A DNA stretch of 64,000 nt from Octopus sinensis (taxonomy: Eukaryota), in assembly GCF_006345805.1 (NCBI RefSeq), contig NC_043011.1, positions 17,186,464 through 17,250,463 of the forward strand, written 5' to 3'. The position numbers and the translations under genes are program-made. Of this stretch, positions 37,271-49,010 are shown in pieces. The stretch's first letter is position 1, and each line of letters opens with the position of its first letter. The notes below the pieces were generated by a model. The model was given only the letters and a program-made list of their open reading frames with translations, searched no databases and was not told the origin of the DNA.

Positions 37271-37354
37271 TATAAAACCGAGCATTTCACAAAAACTCAC
37301 TAGAACCACCCAGCGAACTTCCACCATGGGTCATCACAATTGCTTAAGGTAAAA
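37271..37354 (+). promoter_or_regulatory. pLTR core promoter and first mini-exon (TATA, Inr, Kozak ATG, splice donor)
   Basis: TATAAAA 37271; TCACT with A at 37299; CCACCATGG (ATG 37326); AG|GTAAAA donor at 37349. Confidence 0.7.
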
Positions 37355-37769
37355 ATGAATTCCTCGCTCTTTCGGAAACATCAATCTTCTGTATTGACCG
37401 CTTTCCACCACTTTGATCTGTTTTTTGTATTGAATACGTATCGCCACCGTGGGCCACTGCATCGAACACTTTGAACATATACTTCAAACTATATATCAAC
37501 TATACATGAACTATATATCAACTATACATGAACTCTAAGATGTCTGACTCCGTTGTGTATTATAAATGAATTTCTTGTGTTTGACGGCATGAGCTGTCTT
37601 TTTTTATATATAACTTTTTTTGATAAGGTTCATTTCAGGAACTGAAACATGTTATAATGTATATAAAAAAAATTAAGAATTGTATAATACAGCAGCATTT
37701 TCGAACTTCATTTTTCACAAATATATACCTACTCGTATACGAGCTAATCCTATTATAAATATATATATA

Positions 37770-38007
37770 TATATATGTATGTATGTGTGTGTATATGTTT
37801 GTGTGTCTGTGTTTGTCCCCCCAATATCACTTGACAACTGATGCTGGTGTGTTTACGTCCCTGTAACTTAGAAGTTTGGCAAAGAGGGCCAATAAAATAA
37901 GTACTAGGGTTACAAAGGATAAGTCCTGAGGTCGATTTGTGCGACTAAAGCTGGTGCTCCAGTGTGGACACAGTCAAATGACTGAAACAAGTAAAAGAGT
38001 AGAGAGT
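37770..38007 (+). mobile_element. SINE family B 3' half
   Basis: Continues the copy that begins at 34397. Confidence 0.85.
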
Positions 38008-39753
38008 ATTAGATGTAAAAATGTCTACTTCATGCTCACAACTTTCATTTCTTTTTTAGCTCTTGCGGGAATACCCCAAACATCATAGAATTGTAATCAG
38101 CTTGTAAACTCATACAATGCAGGTCACTCTAAGAACTGCCCTCTGAGAAAATTATGCAGTTCAAGCAATATTTACAAAAACAGTAACAATCATTTTAAAA
38201 ACACACTGAAACAAATGTTTTCTTCATTTTCCTTGAATAATGTCTAAAATAAGTAGATGGTACTTTCACAAAATGCACTTTGCTCCATACATTCAAGGCG
38301 ATAACATTTTAGTTCTTTGATGCAAACCATTATTTCCTTGAAACAAAATTCTTAAGTTTTGGTCCAAAGAAAGACACACAACAATTTTTATTTGAAGCTG
38401 CACTTCTTGTATGGGTTTGTCTTATCTATAATCGTCTGCACAGTTCTGAATTTTGATGAGTTGTCTCACATAAACAGTGTATAAATTTTGACAACGCTAT
38501 AGTGGTTTTTTTTCATTAGAGCTGATTAATGTATGTTTGTGCTTATAAAATCGATTTTTGAATGTCAGTTCAGTTATTCCAATACATACTTTAGGTTCAT
38601 GCCTGTTGATTTTTCCTACTTTACTGTTGTATACTATCAACTATGCAAAACAATTCTATCTAGTTTTCACAAATATTGTTGCATGATTAATATTGGCCAG
38701 TTGTTTTGCCTATTGTTTTCATTTGGCCTTCCAGCAGAGAACAGCTGAACTTCGTACTAGCTAAATTACTAATTTTAAAACATAGCCTATTGACTATTCA
38801 ACTATACTTATGCTTTGGCATCAGTATAGTCAAATAGTCAATTTATTAGATTCAGAAATTCTCTATCTACTTTAGATTTTACTCATAGATCAAATACTGG
38901 GTTGTACAATGAAAAGTTCTTTTGCCTATTCTTATGCTGTGTGCTTTCAATGCCTTTTATCTATCTTATTTTATCAAAGAATCTTTCACTCTCACTCTCA
39001 CTCATTCTTGTTAACTCTCACTCTCTTTCTCTTCTTCTCTCTCTCTCTCTCTCTCCCACTCTTTGGCTGGGTACCCAGGGACCTCCTCTACAGCAAGACA
39101 TCTGTTTCTGCCGCTCTGTCACACTAATCTTTCATCATCTACACAAGATCACCTCCACCAATACCCCCCCCTCTCAAAGACTCTTGGTGACCCCGGCAAT
39201 ACAGGTGTAACTTAAAAGCACCCAATCTACATTGTAAATTGGTTGGCATTTGGAAGGGCATCCAGGTGTAAAATCAATGCCAAAACTGATCTCACATATG
39301 CAAATGCCACGTAAAAAAGCACTTGGTCCACTCTACCGAGTGGTTGGTGTGAATTTCACTCTTATGAACACTATCATACACTTCCATGAACGCATCAAAC
39401 AATTTCTTCTTAAGTTTCTGAACCTGTTTATTCATCATTATTGAAAAACAGAAATGATTTCTTTTGTATTCATAATCACATTAACGTTTGATTTACTAAA
39501 GTCATTGACTGTTTACACAAAATCTAAGGCCCTTTTAACAAAGATTTAGATTTATTTGCTTGAATCTACAGTTTACCCCTCTTTTATTCTGTAAGCCATT
39601 TCAGTACTTCTGAAATGCAGCGCCATAAATTTAATGAGACTCCTTTTATTCTGGAAATGTTTTCTTCTAATATTCTTTTACTAATGATACCCAACTCTTG
39701 GTTAGCTGGGTTAATTAAACTATACTTAAGGTTATATTTGAAGTTTACTTTAA

Positions 39754-40334
39754 CCTTTTAGCATTTAAACTGACCATATCAATCCTAAATATTCTACCTA
39801 TTTTATGTTCAATCTAACAAGATCTGGCTACTCACACCTGCCACACCTGTCCTACAATGTCACTGTAAAAATAAATGATCACATCATCAAAATCTCAGAG
39901 CTACAAGATAATGCCATAATTAATCCAAAACAATGTGAATAAATTTGTTTTGCAAGTTTTTTGAAGTGAAATTGTGTGTTGAAACAGATGTTGTATTTAG
40001 GACACACATACAGATATATGCATGCACAAATGAAGACACATACAATATAAATACAAAATACAAAATGGCTGACCGTTAGTAAGGAGAGACACACAAATAA
40101 GAAAGAAGAAAGCAAAGGACCACTGATGAGGTCACAGGAGTGTGACGAAAGAACTCTAGCCGAAATATGATTAAGATTAATGTAAAAAATAAATAACGCT
40201 GAAGCAAAGTAACACTAAATATATAGTGCATGTGTTTTTATTGGCTAAACTGACAAAATGACCATTCCGAAATACAACAACAAATGTGAATAAATATGCT
40301 TTACATTTGACAAAATAAACTGAATGCTAAAGAG
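39754..40334. mobile_element. piggyBac-like MITE
   Basis: TTAA|CCTTTTAGCATT ... AATGCTAAAGAG|TTAA. Confidence 0.55.
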
Positions 40335-41119
40335 TTAAAGTCTTTATGTATTTAAGGGGGCCAGGACGCTAGGTATTCTACCCTACCATCTAGTTTCAGT
40401 TTTACTGCCTACTCTTTGGTTTCCAGTTGAATAGACTTATTAACCTCGTTTCTAGACTTCATGAAAATGTTATGTCATTTGATAAAAGCTTTCCATATGA
40501 GCTAACTGCTAAGCTTTACAAGTTCCTTGTTTTGTCAGTGACAACATACATCTTCATTTGCACCAAGACATCAAGTGCTTATTCAAATTACTTTGAAAGC
40601 CGTTGTGCACCATATGAAATTTGATTCTTTTTAAGATGTTTAAAAGGTACTCTTCAAATATTGCTACATCTTTGTTTAATAGTGGATTCTAAAGCCAAAT
40701 TTGATGCAGTTATAATGTCCAACCACTCAGTTCTCAAAGAAATATATGTGTTACTTCAATTTTCATATAAACTATTCCATTTTCTCCTACATACATTTCA
40801 TTTAATACTCCCTCAGTGGAATTGTAATGCTTTTGTGTGTCTGCATAAATGTCAATTCAGCTTGTCTTCGTAAGCACTTTCTAAGTGAAAGACAGTAAAA
40901 TTGTTTCTTTTCTCCAGTGAACAAATACACTGTAGTTCTCCAAATATATGAAACAAAAAATTGGTAAAATTCAAAAATAAGTTAGGGTTGGTGACAGAAA
41001 GAGCAACAAACGACAGTAAATCTGCCTCAATAAAATTTCCTGTAACCCATGTCAATATGAAAAATATGGATGCAAAACTCATAATAAGATAATGAAGAAT
41101 GTGATAATGTACAAAAATA

Positions 41120-41120
41120 C

Positions 41121-41151
<31 letters not shown>

Positions 41152-41440
41152 TGTATGTATGTATGTATGTATGTATGTATGTATGCATGTATGTATGTAT
41201 GTATATTTGTATGTATGTATGTATGTATGTATGCATGCATGCATGTATTTTTGTATGTATGAATGTATGTATGTATGTATGTGTGTATGTATCTGTGTGT
41301 ATGTATGTATGTATGTATGTTTATATGTATGTATGTATGTATGCATTTATGTATGTGTGTGTATGTATGTATGTTTGTATGTATGTATGTATGTATATGT
41401 ATGTATATATGTATGTATGCCTTTATGTATGTGTGTGTGA
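41120..41440. repeat. (TATG)n microsatellite
   Basis: Direct reading. Confidence 0.95.
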
Positions 41441-41705
41441 CTCCTGTGCAGGTGGCACGTAAAAAACACCATTTGAGCATGGCCAGACTGACCCTCATGC
41501 CGGTGGCACGTAAAAGAACCTACTACACTCTCGGAGTGGTTGGCATTAGGAAGGGCATCCAGGTGTAGAAACACTGCCAGATCAGATTGGAGCCTGGTGC
41601 AGCCATCTGGTTCGCCAGTCCTCAGTCAAATCGTCCAACCCATGCTATCATGGAAAGCAGACGTTAAATGATGATGATGATTATGATGATGATGATGATG
41701 ATGAT
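41440..41705 (+). mobile_element. Family C element
   Basis: Core motif and (GAT)n tail. Confidence 0.85.
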
Positions 41706-41997
41706 GTGTATGTATATATTTTACTGAATTTGGAAGTTTGTCTCATGAATCAAATTTTATGCAACTATGATCAATGGGGTGGAACTCAATTCATGAAGCA
41801 AACTTTCACTTTTTATAAAAATAATATTTATTGATCACCCTTCTCATTCACTTAACACAACTCAGCATAGGAATATGCGTGAATGTGTGGGTATTGCATG
41901 CCTACATATCTGTATATACACATGTGTTTTCACATGCGTTTATGTATTTATGTAAACGGACATGTGTGCATTCTCACCCACATGTTTATACACATGC

Positions 41998-42165
41998 ATC
42001 ATCATCATCATCATTGTTTGACCGTGGTCGAGACAATGGAATTTACTATGCTACGCCAGACTTCACGGTCCATCATAGCATTACGGAGGTCCTGTTGCTG
42101 GATGCCTGTATCCCTGGAGATTACATCAGGGTAGGAGAGTGTGCGCCCTCTGGTATCACAAGCAT
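41998..42165 (-). mobile_element. RTE LINE extreme 3' end
   Basis: RGRTLSYPDVISRDTG..DLRNAMMDREVWRSIV followed by a (GAT)n tail. Confidence 0.8.
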
Positions 42166-42213
42166 ATGTAAATGTGTGCATGTGCATGTGTGTGTGTGTG
42201 CGTGCGTGTGTAT

Positions 42214-42520
42214 TGTTGTATAGTGAAACTGTATACCCCACCCGGTTAAAAGTGGTAGGATCTAGCCATTATAAGTAGACCAGTGGCTTGTCCTCAAGAG
42301 AGGGTCGAGAGTCAAAGAGCTGAGAGTCAACAGTTCTAGTCAGTGTCTTGTGGAACTATCAGCGATAGTAAAACAGAAGTTAGTGTATTTACTTTCCTGG
42401 TACCAAGGGGTACAACGATATCCAATGACTAGTAACTATTGTGGCTACTAGCATAAAACAGCGACTACAGGACAATGGCAGTCACACATTACACCAGTGA
42501 AAGGAACCCACTTTACAACA
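42214..42520. mobile_element. Solo-LTR-like element (307 bp)
   Basis: TG...CA ends with inverted termini TGTTGTATAGTG / CACTTTACAACA; flanks TGTAT and TATAT. Confidence 0.5.
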
Positions 42521-42540
42521 TATATGTATGCATATGTATG

Positions 42541-42586
<46 letters not shown>

Positions 42587-42595
42587 TATATTATT

Positions 42596-42868
42596 GCTTT
42601 TGTATTTATATTCGTGTGGCATCGTCCGTTTTTCTGTCCCTGTTTCGTATACATTCGATCCTTTTTCCAAGAAATCTAATGCTCGTAGCTTAGTTTTTCC
42701 TTGGGGTTGGCCGGATCGGAGCGATCTCAAGATTAATCAGCCGAAATTCTGAGGATGATCCGGTTCTTGACTGAAGATTGAAGGCTTTGAATGTCCCGTC
42801 CGTGTTTTTTGTATCGTCTTCTAAATGTTTTGCGTTCTTGTCCCAGTTTGTATTTTTTTACATATACG

Positions 42869-42870
<2 letters not shown>
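42596..42870. mobile_element. Unclassified CpG-rich insert between (TA)n tracts
   Basis: Sharp composition change, many CpGs, bounded by (TA)n. Confidence 0.45.
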
Positions 42871-42938
<68 letters not shown>

Positions 42939-42939
<1 letters not shown>

Positions 42940-43134
42940 AAAATAAGCAACAAGAATAACTTTGGTAATTTGGTACGATCGTTTCACACTACATTCGTAC
43001 CAAATTACAAAAGTTATTCTTGTTGTCTATTTTGATTATAATCACCCCATGGATTTATATGGATAACACCATTCAAAATTCTGGTGTATCTAACTTAAGT
43101 ACTATATTCATTTGAATCTAAATTTTGCTGAACT
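42939..43134. mobile_element. Asymmetric fold-back element, same family as 28931-29415
   Basis: 40-bp arms 42939-42978 and 42995-43034, 16-nt spacer, plus 100 bp matching the reverse complement of ~28931-29030. Confidence 0.8.
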
Positions 43135-43181
43135 CTTATATATATATATATGTATATATATATATACATATGTGTATAAAA

Positions 43182-43221
<40 letters not shown>

Positions 43222-43276
43222 AATATATATATATATATTATATATATATATGTATATATATATACATATGTGTATA

Positions 43277-43316
<40 letters not shown>

Positions 43317-44831
43317 TATATATGTATATATATATATGTATATGTATACATAAATATATATATATATATGTATATGTGTGTGTGCATGCACATATCTATA
43401 TCTATATCCATATCTATCTATCTCTATATATATATATGCATAATACATAATGATATTCTACTTTCATAAATACTTCATGTGTTTTTTAGATGGTAGAATA
43501 ATATTTGAGATTGATTTCACCGCAGTGCTGGGTCATATCTCATCAACTGACAAACCATAGAATTAATTACTCATTCAAAGCTAAATCGGAGTTACACAAC
43601 AGGAACAACAATGCAACTCTTATATATATAGTAATACATTTCTTTGAATGAAACATACTGAGTCACTTCAAAAGACTTTATCTAATTACAAGACCACCTT
43701 CTTTTAATGATGATATTAATTAATGATCAGATAGTTGTAATTAATTAACAAATCATTCACAAGGCACCAATAGTATGAGGAGTAACTACTTCAAAGACCT
43801 TGTATTTGGAAAACCTTAGTAACACGACATGTGGTTGACATTATGCAGTACAAAATGTCCTCTAGCTAAGTAAGACAAACTATTTTTTGTCCTTTAAAAA
43901 AGTTTAAATATCATATACCCAAATTGAAAATCCTAACACATCATACCTTTGTCAAAATGATTTAACTATATTTCAGAAATATTTTCAATGCAACTGAAGC
44001 AATTAATGTAAATATACATTCTTATCTAAGTTTTACATTAATTTTCATTTTATCATAATTGATCACAAGAATTTTATGAGTCAAATGTTTAAGATCTTGA
44101 AAACTGAAATAAATTGCAAATACAAGAGAAAATATACAGAAACTTCTAAAATTTCATATATATTTTGTGGGATATTTTATGTGAATATGTGTATATTTAT
44201 GTATATGGATAAGTGTGTGTAAGTTACATCTGTAGTATTCAGCCTATTTGCTTTTAAATTTCAGTGGTTTAAAAAATTTTAGAACTTGTTTAAATTATGC
44301 TGGCTTATGAAAATACACATATAGTTATGTTCTAATTTCTTTCATGATTTTATAACTTCGAGTTGTTAAATTAAAAATTTACATAAATTTTAAATAAAGA
44401 AAGAGAATTTATATCTTCTAATTACACAAATGTTGATAATAATATTTAAGTGCTGGAAGTTATTTTATGAAATAGATATTTGAGTTAGAAGAACTTTAAT
44501 GAAATTTTGCCCATGATTTCACAGTAACAATGTTTAGTATGTTAGCAGTAATGTCAGAAGAGAGATCTTGAAAAGCTGTATTTATTTGAATATGCAAACC
44601 TATTCAGGGAGCCTGAATACTTCATAGATCAAAACACTGCTTTACAAATGTTTCAATGAATTAGTCATTTCATTTCTTAACTCCAATAATAAGTTAGCTA
44701 TGATTTCATTGGCTGTAAACCAATATATGGCTTATAGCCAATGAAAACATGTTAATAAGGACATCAGATCTGATAGAACTGGTAACCAAATCCTCTAAAA
44801 TCACACCTTTGTATTATACGTAATATTTTTT

Positions 44832-45025
44832 TCAAATTTTGGCACAAAGCCTGCAATTTGGGAGATGAGGGCAAGACAATTAAATCAACCCCTGTGTACA
44901 ACTGGTACTTGTTTTATCGACCCTAGAAGGATGAAAGGCAAAGTTGACCTTGATGGAATTTGTACTCAGAATGTGAAGATAGGATGAAATACTGCAAAGC
45001 ATTTTGCCTGGGAGGGCTAATGATT
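44832..45025 (-). mobile_element. SINE family A variant
   Basis: GGATGAAAGGCAAAGTTGACC core on the reverse strand. Confidence 0.7.
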
Positions 45026-45605
45026 CTGCCTGGATTGGAGGAAAAACCAATATAGGTTTTGTGCCTATAGGGGAAAAGATTATTTCTTTGATTCTCTTTG
45101 ATTCAGCCTCTCTCTCTCTTCTCAGTGGCTTCTATTATGGTTTCTGTTGAGTCAGATCTCTCCTATATCATGCACTAGTAGTCTATTGTGTTTCAGCTCT
45201 TTTAATGGGAAGCAATTTGATGCTCTTGATGATAAGAGATCCTCTAAAATTTGTTGATTATGTAGATGTTTGGTATGGAAACCTCATAGCTAGGTTGCCT
45301 AAGAGCTCTATTTGCCTCTTGTTTCTCATATGTACGCCCAGAAAGTTCTTTTCTGATTGCTTCATTGCAGGGTATATTAATATGGTTTCTCCTCCAATCC
45401 ATTCATTTACAATAATTGAAACAATGGAATAAATTTGAAGGATATTTAAAATGGGATTTGAAGATAGAAGGGGTTTAAGAATAGGGAAGAAGAGAAGGTT
45501 ATGGAACAAAAGAAATTGTTGTAATATGTGGTTCTGTTGTTGAGGGAGCAACGATCTAAGAGAGAAGAAAATAAAACAACAGCAGCTTTGAAAAATGTTG
45601 AGATG

Positions 45606-45815
45606 AAAGAAATAATCTTTTCTCCTATAGGCACAAGGCCTGAAAATTTTGAGGAAGGGGGTTAGTCGATTACATCGACCCAAGTGCATAACTGGTACTT
45701 AATTTATCAAACGCAAAATGATGAAAGGCAAAGTCCACCTTGGTGGAATTTGAACTCATAACGTAGCGACAGGCGAAATTCTGCTGAGCATTTCCTCCAG
45801 CATGTTAATGATTCT
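45606..45815 (-). mobile_element. SINE family A variant
   Basis: GATGAAAGGCAAAGTCCACC core on the reverse strand. Confidence 0.7.
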
Positions 45816-47068
45816 GCTCACTCTCTTGAGATGAAAGAAATAATGACAGGGTAACAATGTACAATGTACATGCACCCACACACCCATGTAACACATACTC
45901 ATGTATATAAAATACCTACTCATACACATGCATAGGCAGATGATTAAATTGATAAGTGGATAAGAACTGAGGGATGGTTAAGGTGAGAGAAGAAGGGATA
46001 GATGGATATTTAATTATATTCATTACACTACAAAGATACCTTTTAACAAAGCTGAATTCTCCACACAAAGTTTGTATAATTTGGCTTGTTATACAATAGA
46101 TTAAGGAAGAAAACTAAATTTTAACAACAAAGGCATAGAAAACAGTTATAAATAAATATTGAAGGAAAGAAGATAAACACGATGAATGTAATGGTTTTAG
46201 CCTTATCTCTCTTTCAGAGCATTACTGATATAAAGGATATAAAAGTGATGGGATGAAGGGAAAGAAAATGGGAAAATGGGAAAATGGTTCTAAAGCTTGA
46301 AAGAAAGGTAAGTTTGAGAAGAGACAAGAGAAATATGTATGCATGCATGCAAGTACATATGTATGTATGTATGTATGCATCAATGTAGGTTCTCTTTTAT
46401 CTTTAATTAGTTAGATTCCTCCTCTTAGAAAGAATTTAAATAATTACATCTACTACATATGTGGAAATCTGTGGGTGTGTTTGTTTGTGGCGTTGTTATC
46501 TGACTCCTCCTACATCATTTTATCAATTTGGATGAAACTTGAGACATGAGTAGAGCTCATCTCTGGAAAACTAGTGATATACTTAGATTGTTGAAAAAAT
46601 CGATAATAGGGCTCCTGGAAGGGATTCTTATATCTACTACATATAACTTATATGTTATCTTTAAACATCCAAGGGAAATAACCCATTCACTCCTGAAAGG
46701 GATCCTTATATATAGTCAAGGGAAATAGCACATTCATGTTTGCAAATTATTTCGTATAAATCAAAATGAGTATGGTTATTTCTTAGTATTTGAACTATTT
46801 ACTGTTCTGTTAATAGATTATATTTGTAATGTGCACGTCAACATATTGATTTCTTTTTCTGAAAATCTTAGCCTTTCCAAATTGTCACTTAAGCATTTAT
46901 GAACAATATTGAGTGTTCCTTATTTTTAGTGAAAATATGAATTTATAATTTGGATACAGAAGCTGAAGGTTTTGAAGCTCTTTTTCATAGTTATCATCTT
47001 TGATTTTCAAAGACATATTCACATTAACAAGGCAATTGACCTTTATGATGGTACAAATGTTTTCTTGT

Positions 47069-47860
47069 CTATCTTAAACAATTCAATCCAACCAGTTGTA
47101 CTTTGCTTGGTAAAAGTTTCACTATGAATGTTTCACAAATATTTTTTGTGCTTATATCCAATATCAGGGAATTCTTTATATTTATCCCAGGACAGTCTTT
47201 TTTACAGATGTATATTCTTTTAGTGACAATACCATGTTGCACTGGAAGAATGTAACTTGATGATATATTTGGGCAGTGGTTGATCATGTATAATGTCTTC
47301 CACAGAAATGTGACATAACCTTAACCCTAATTTCCAGTTGCAATTTGGGCATCAAAGGATTCAAAGCCTTCAGTTTCTCTTTTATTCATAATGTATTTTG
47401 TAGCAATCTCCTGTTCTTGGCTTTCAAATGTATAGCCTTCCTAGTATGATGTGATGAAGTAGTTGTAAGTCTAAATATGGCTGCATTTCAAGTCAATATT
47501 TTTGTCATCCTCAAGTCTGCAAGAAACATACTCATGCATAACCTGTTTTAGGCATGTTAAGTATTTCACATCCACATCCTTGAGATATGTTAATCCAGTT
47601 ATTTTGTTATTGTATGGGAAGTCATCAGGAATAGGATAGTTCCTGAGGAACTCACTGCCACCTTGTAGGCTGTTGAGCTCTTCACTTTCTAACATTAGGT
47701 TTATATATTTATTTTTGCTACGGTTGTTTAGCAGGTGCTGTCCGAGATGTATACCGGAAGCTTTTGCTTTATGGACGTAATGCATTTCCTAAATCTGGTT
47801 GTAAAGCAAAATTCCTTTATGTAAAATTAATTTTCCAATCAATTTTCATATGAGTTCCTT
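47069..47860 (-). pseudogene. Degenerate ~260-codon reading frame of unrecognised origin
   Basis: ORF-track 47471-47785 and 47069-47287 share one frame, linked by protein-like sequence with scattered stops and no frameshift. Confidence 0.45.
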
Positions 47861-47909
47861 CAGACTTTTTCACACACAAAAGAGCAGCATTAAGGAAACA
47901 GAGGAAAAC

Positions 47910-48260
47910 ATGGATTTGGTAGACGGAAACTGAAAGAAGCTATCGTATATATGTATATAGTTACAGGGACATAAACACATGAGCATCAGTTGTCATATAT
48001 GTATATACACACACATACATATATGTGTGTGTATATGTTTGTGGGTCTGTGTTTGTGCCCCCAACATCGCTTGACAACTGATGCTCATGTGTTTATGTCC
48101 CCGTAACTTAGTGGTTCGGCAAAAGACACCGATAGAATAAGTACTAGGGTTACAAAGAATAAGTCCTAGGAGCTATTTGCTCTATTAAAGGTGGTGCTCC
48201 AGCATGGCCACAGTCAAATGACTGAAACAAGTAAAAGAGTAAAAAGAGAGTAAAGAGTAT
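47910..48260 (+). mobile_element. SINE family B (rearranged)
   Basis: 3' two-thirds with an internal inverted fragment. Confidence 0.75.
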
Positions 48261-48534
48261 AGCACATATTTTACGTTTTGTATTTGAATTTTGATTTACT
48301 TTAAGGAGAAAACATAAAAATAAAACTAGTCATTTAGAATAGTCGTTGATATATTTCAAAATTTGACTAATGCTGTTTATTTAACCCTAGACCAGATCTA
48401 GTTGAACTACTCTTTGATCAAAGATATTCCAGTCATAGCCATCGCAGCTTTTGGAAAATTCATGTGATTATTGTCCATCTCATACAATCCTTTTTTTTCA
48501 ACTGACAATGAATGTATAGGTTTGAAGAGAATGG

Positions 48535-49010
48535 TTTGCCATATTCTGAATGCCTTACTTCCCTGGGCCTGGACACATTGAAACTCCGACGTCTGGCAGC
48601 TGACTTGGCAGACATCCATAAAATTATTAACCATCTTACTAATAATAACTCTTAGCACCTTTTCAAACTCCACCTGTCTAACACCCATGGACATGTTTAC
48701 AAAGTCAGAAAACAGCACAGCTCCCATGACTTTAGGAAACATTTTTTCATGCTAAGAGTTGCTGAAGCATGGAACAAACTGCCGGCATGAGTTGTTAGTT
48801 GTTGGAGAACTGCATCCTTCAAAACTTCTATGCTTCCTGAGATTCGCCAACACTACACCTGATTTTCTTCCCTCCATACACACGCAAGCATGTCTCTGAC
48901 TCATACGCTGTTCATTTTCCAGACATTTGTACATTACTGCATATACTTTATACACACTTTTGACAAGTTGTGGTGCACCTGAGCACTGTATACAATAATT
49001 TAATTATTAT
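48535..49010 (+). mobile_element. CR1/L2-like LINE 3' end
   Basis: LTSLGLDTLKLRRLAADL..HDFRKHFFMLRVAEAWNKL; 3' UTR ending ACAATAATTT. Confidence 0.8.

Larger units (their letters stand above)
34854..37727. mobile_element. Head-to-head inverted pair of 5'-truncated Penelope-like retroelement copies (2.87 kb palindrome)
   Basis: Arms 34854-36276 and 36348-37727 are nearly identical reverse complements; 71-nt spacer; GIY-YIG coding in both; both tails end in TA repeats. Confidence 0.9.

Noticed and set aside
34854-37727. Palindrome as a pure assembly artefact
   Set aside because: Arms differ by substitutions, indels and VNTR number, and the flanking SINE halves are collinear. Not fully excluded without reads.
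38263-38349. Cys-rich minus-strand exon (FCFKEIMVCIKELKCYRLEC)
   Set aside because: Weak AAG acceptor and GTACCA donor; surrounding DNA looks like a DNA-transposon remnant.
42620-42800. Hammerhead in the CpG-rich insert
   Set aside because: CTGAAGA/CTGAGGA and GAAA occur but not in an order with pairing stems I-III.
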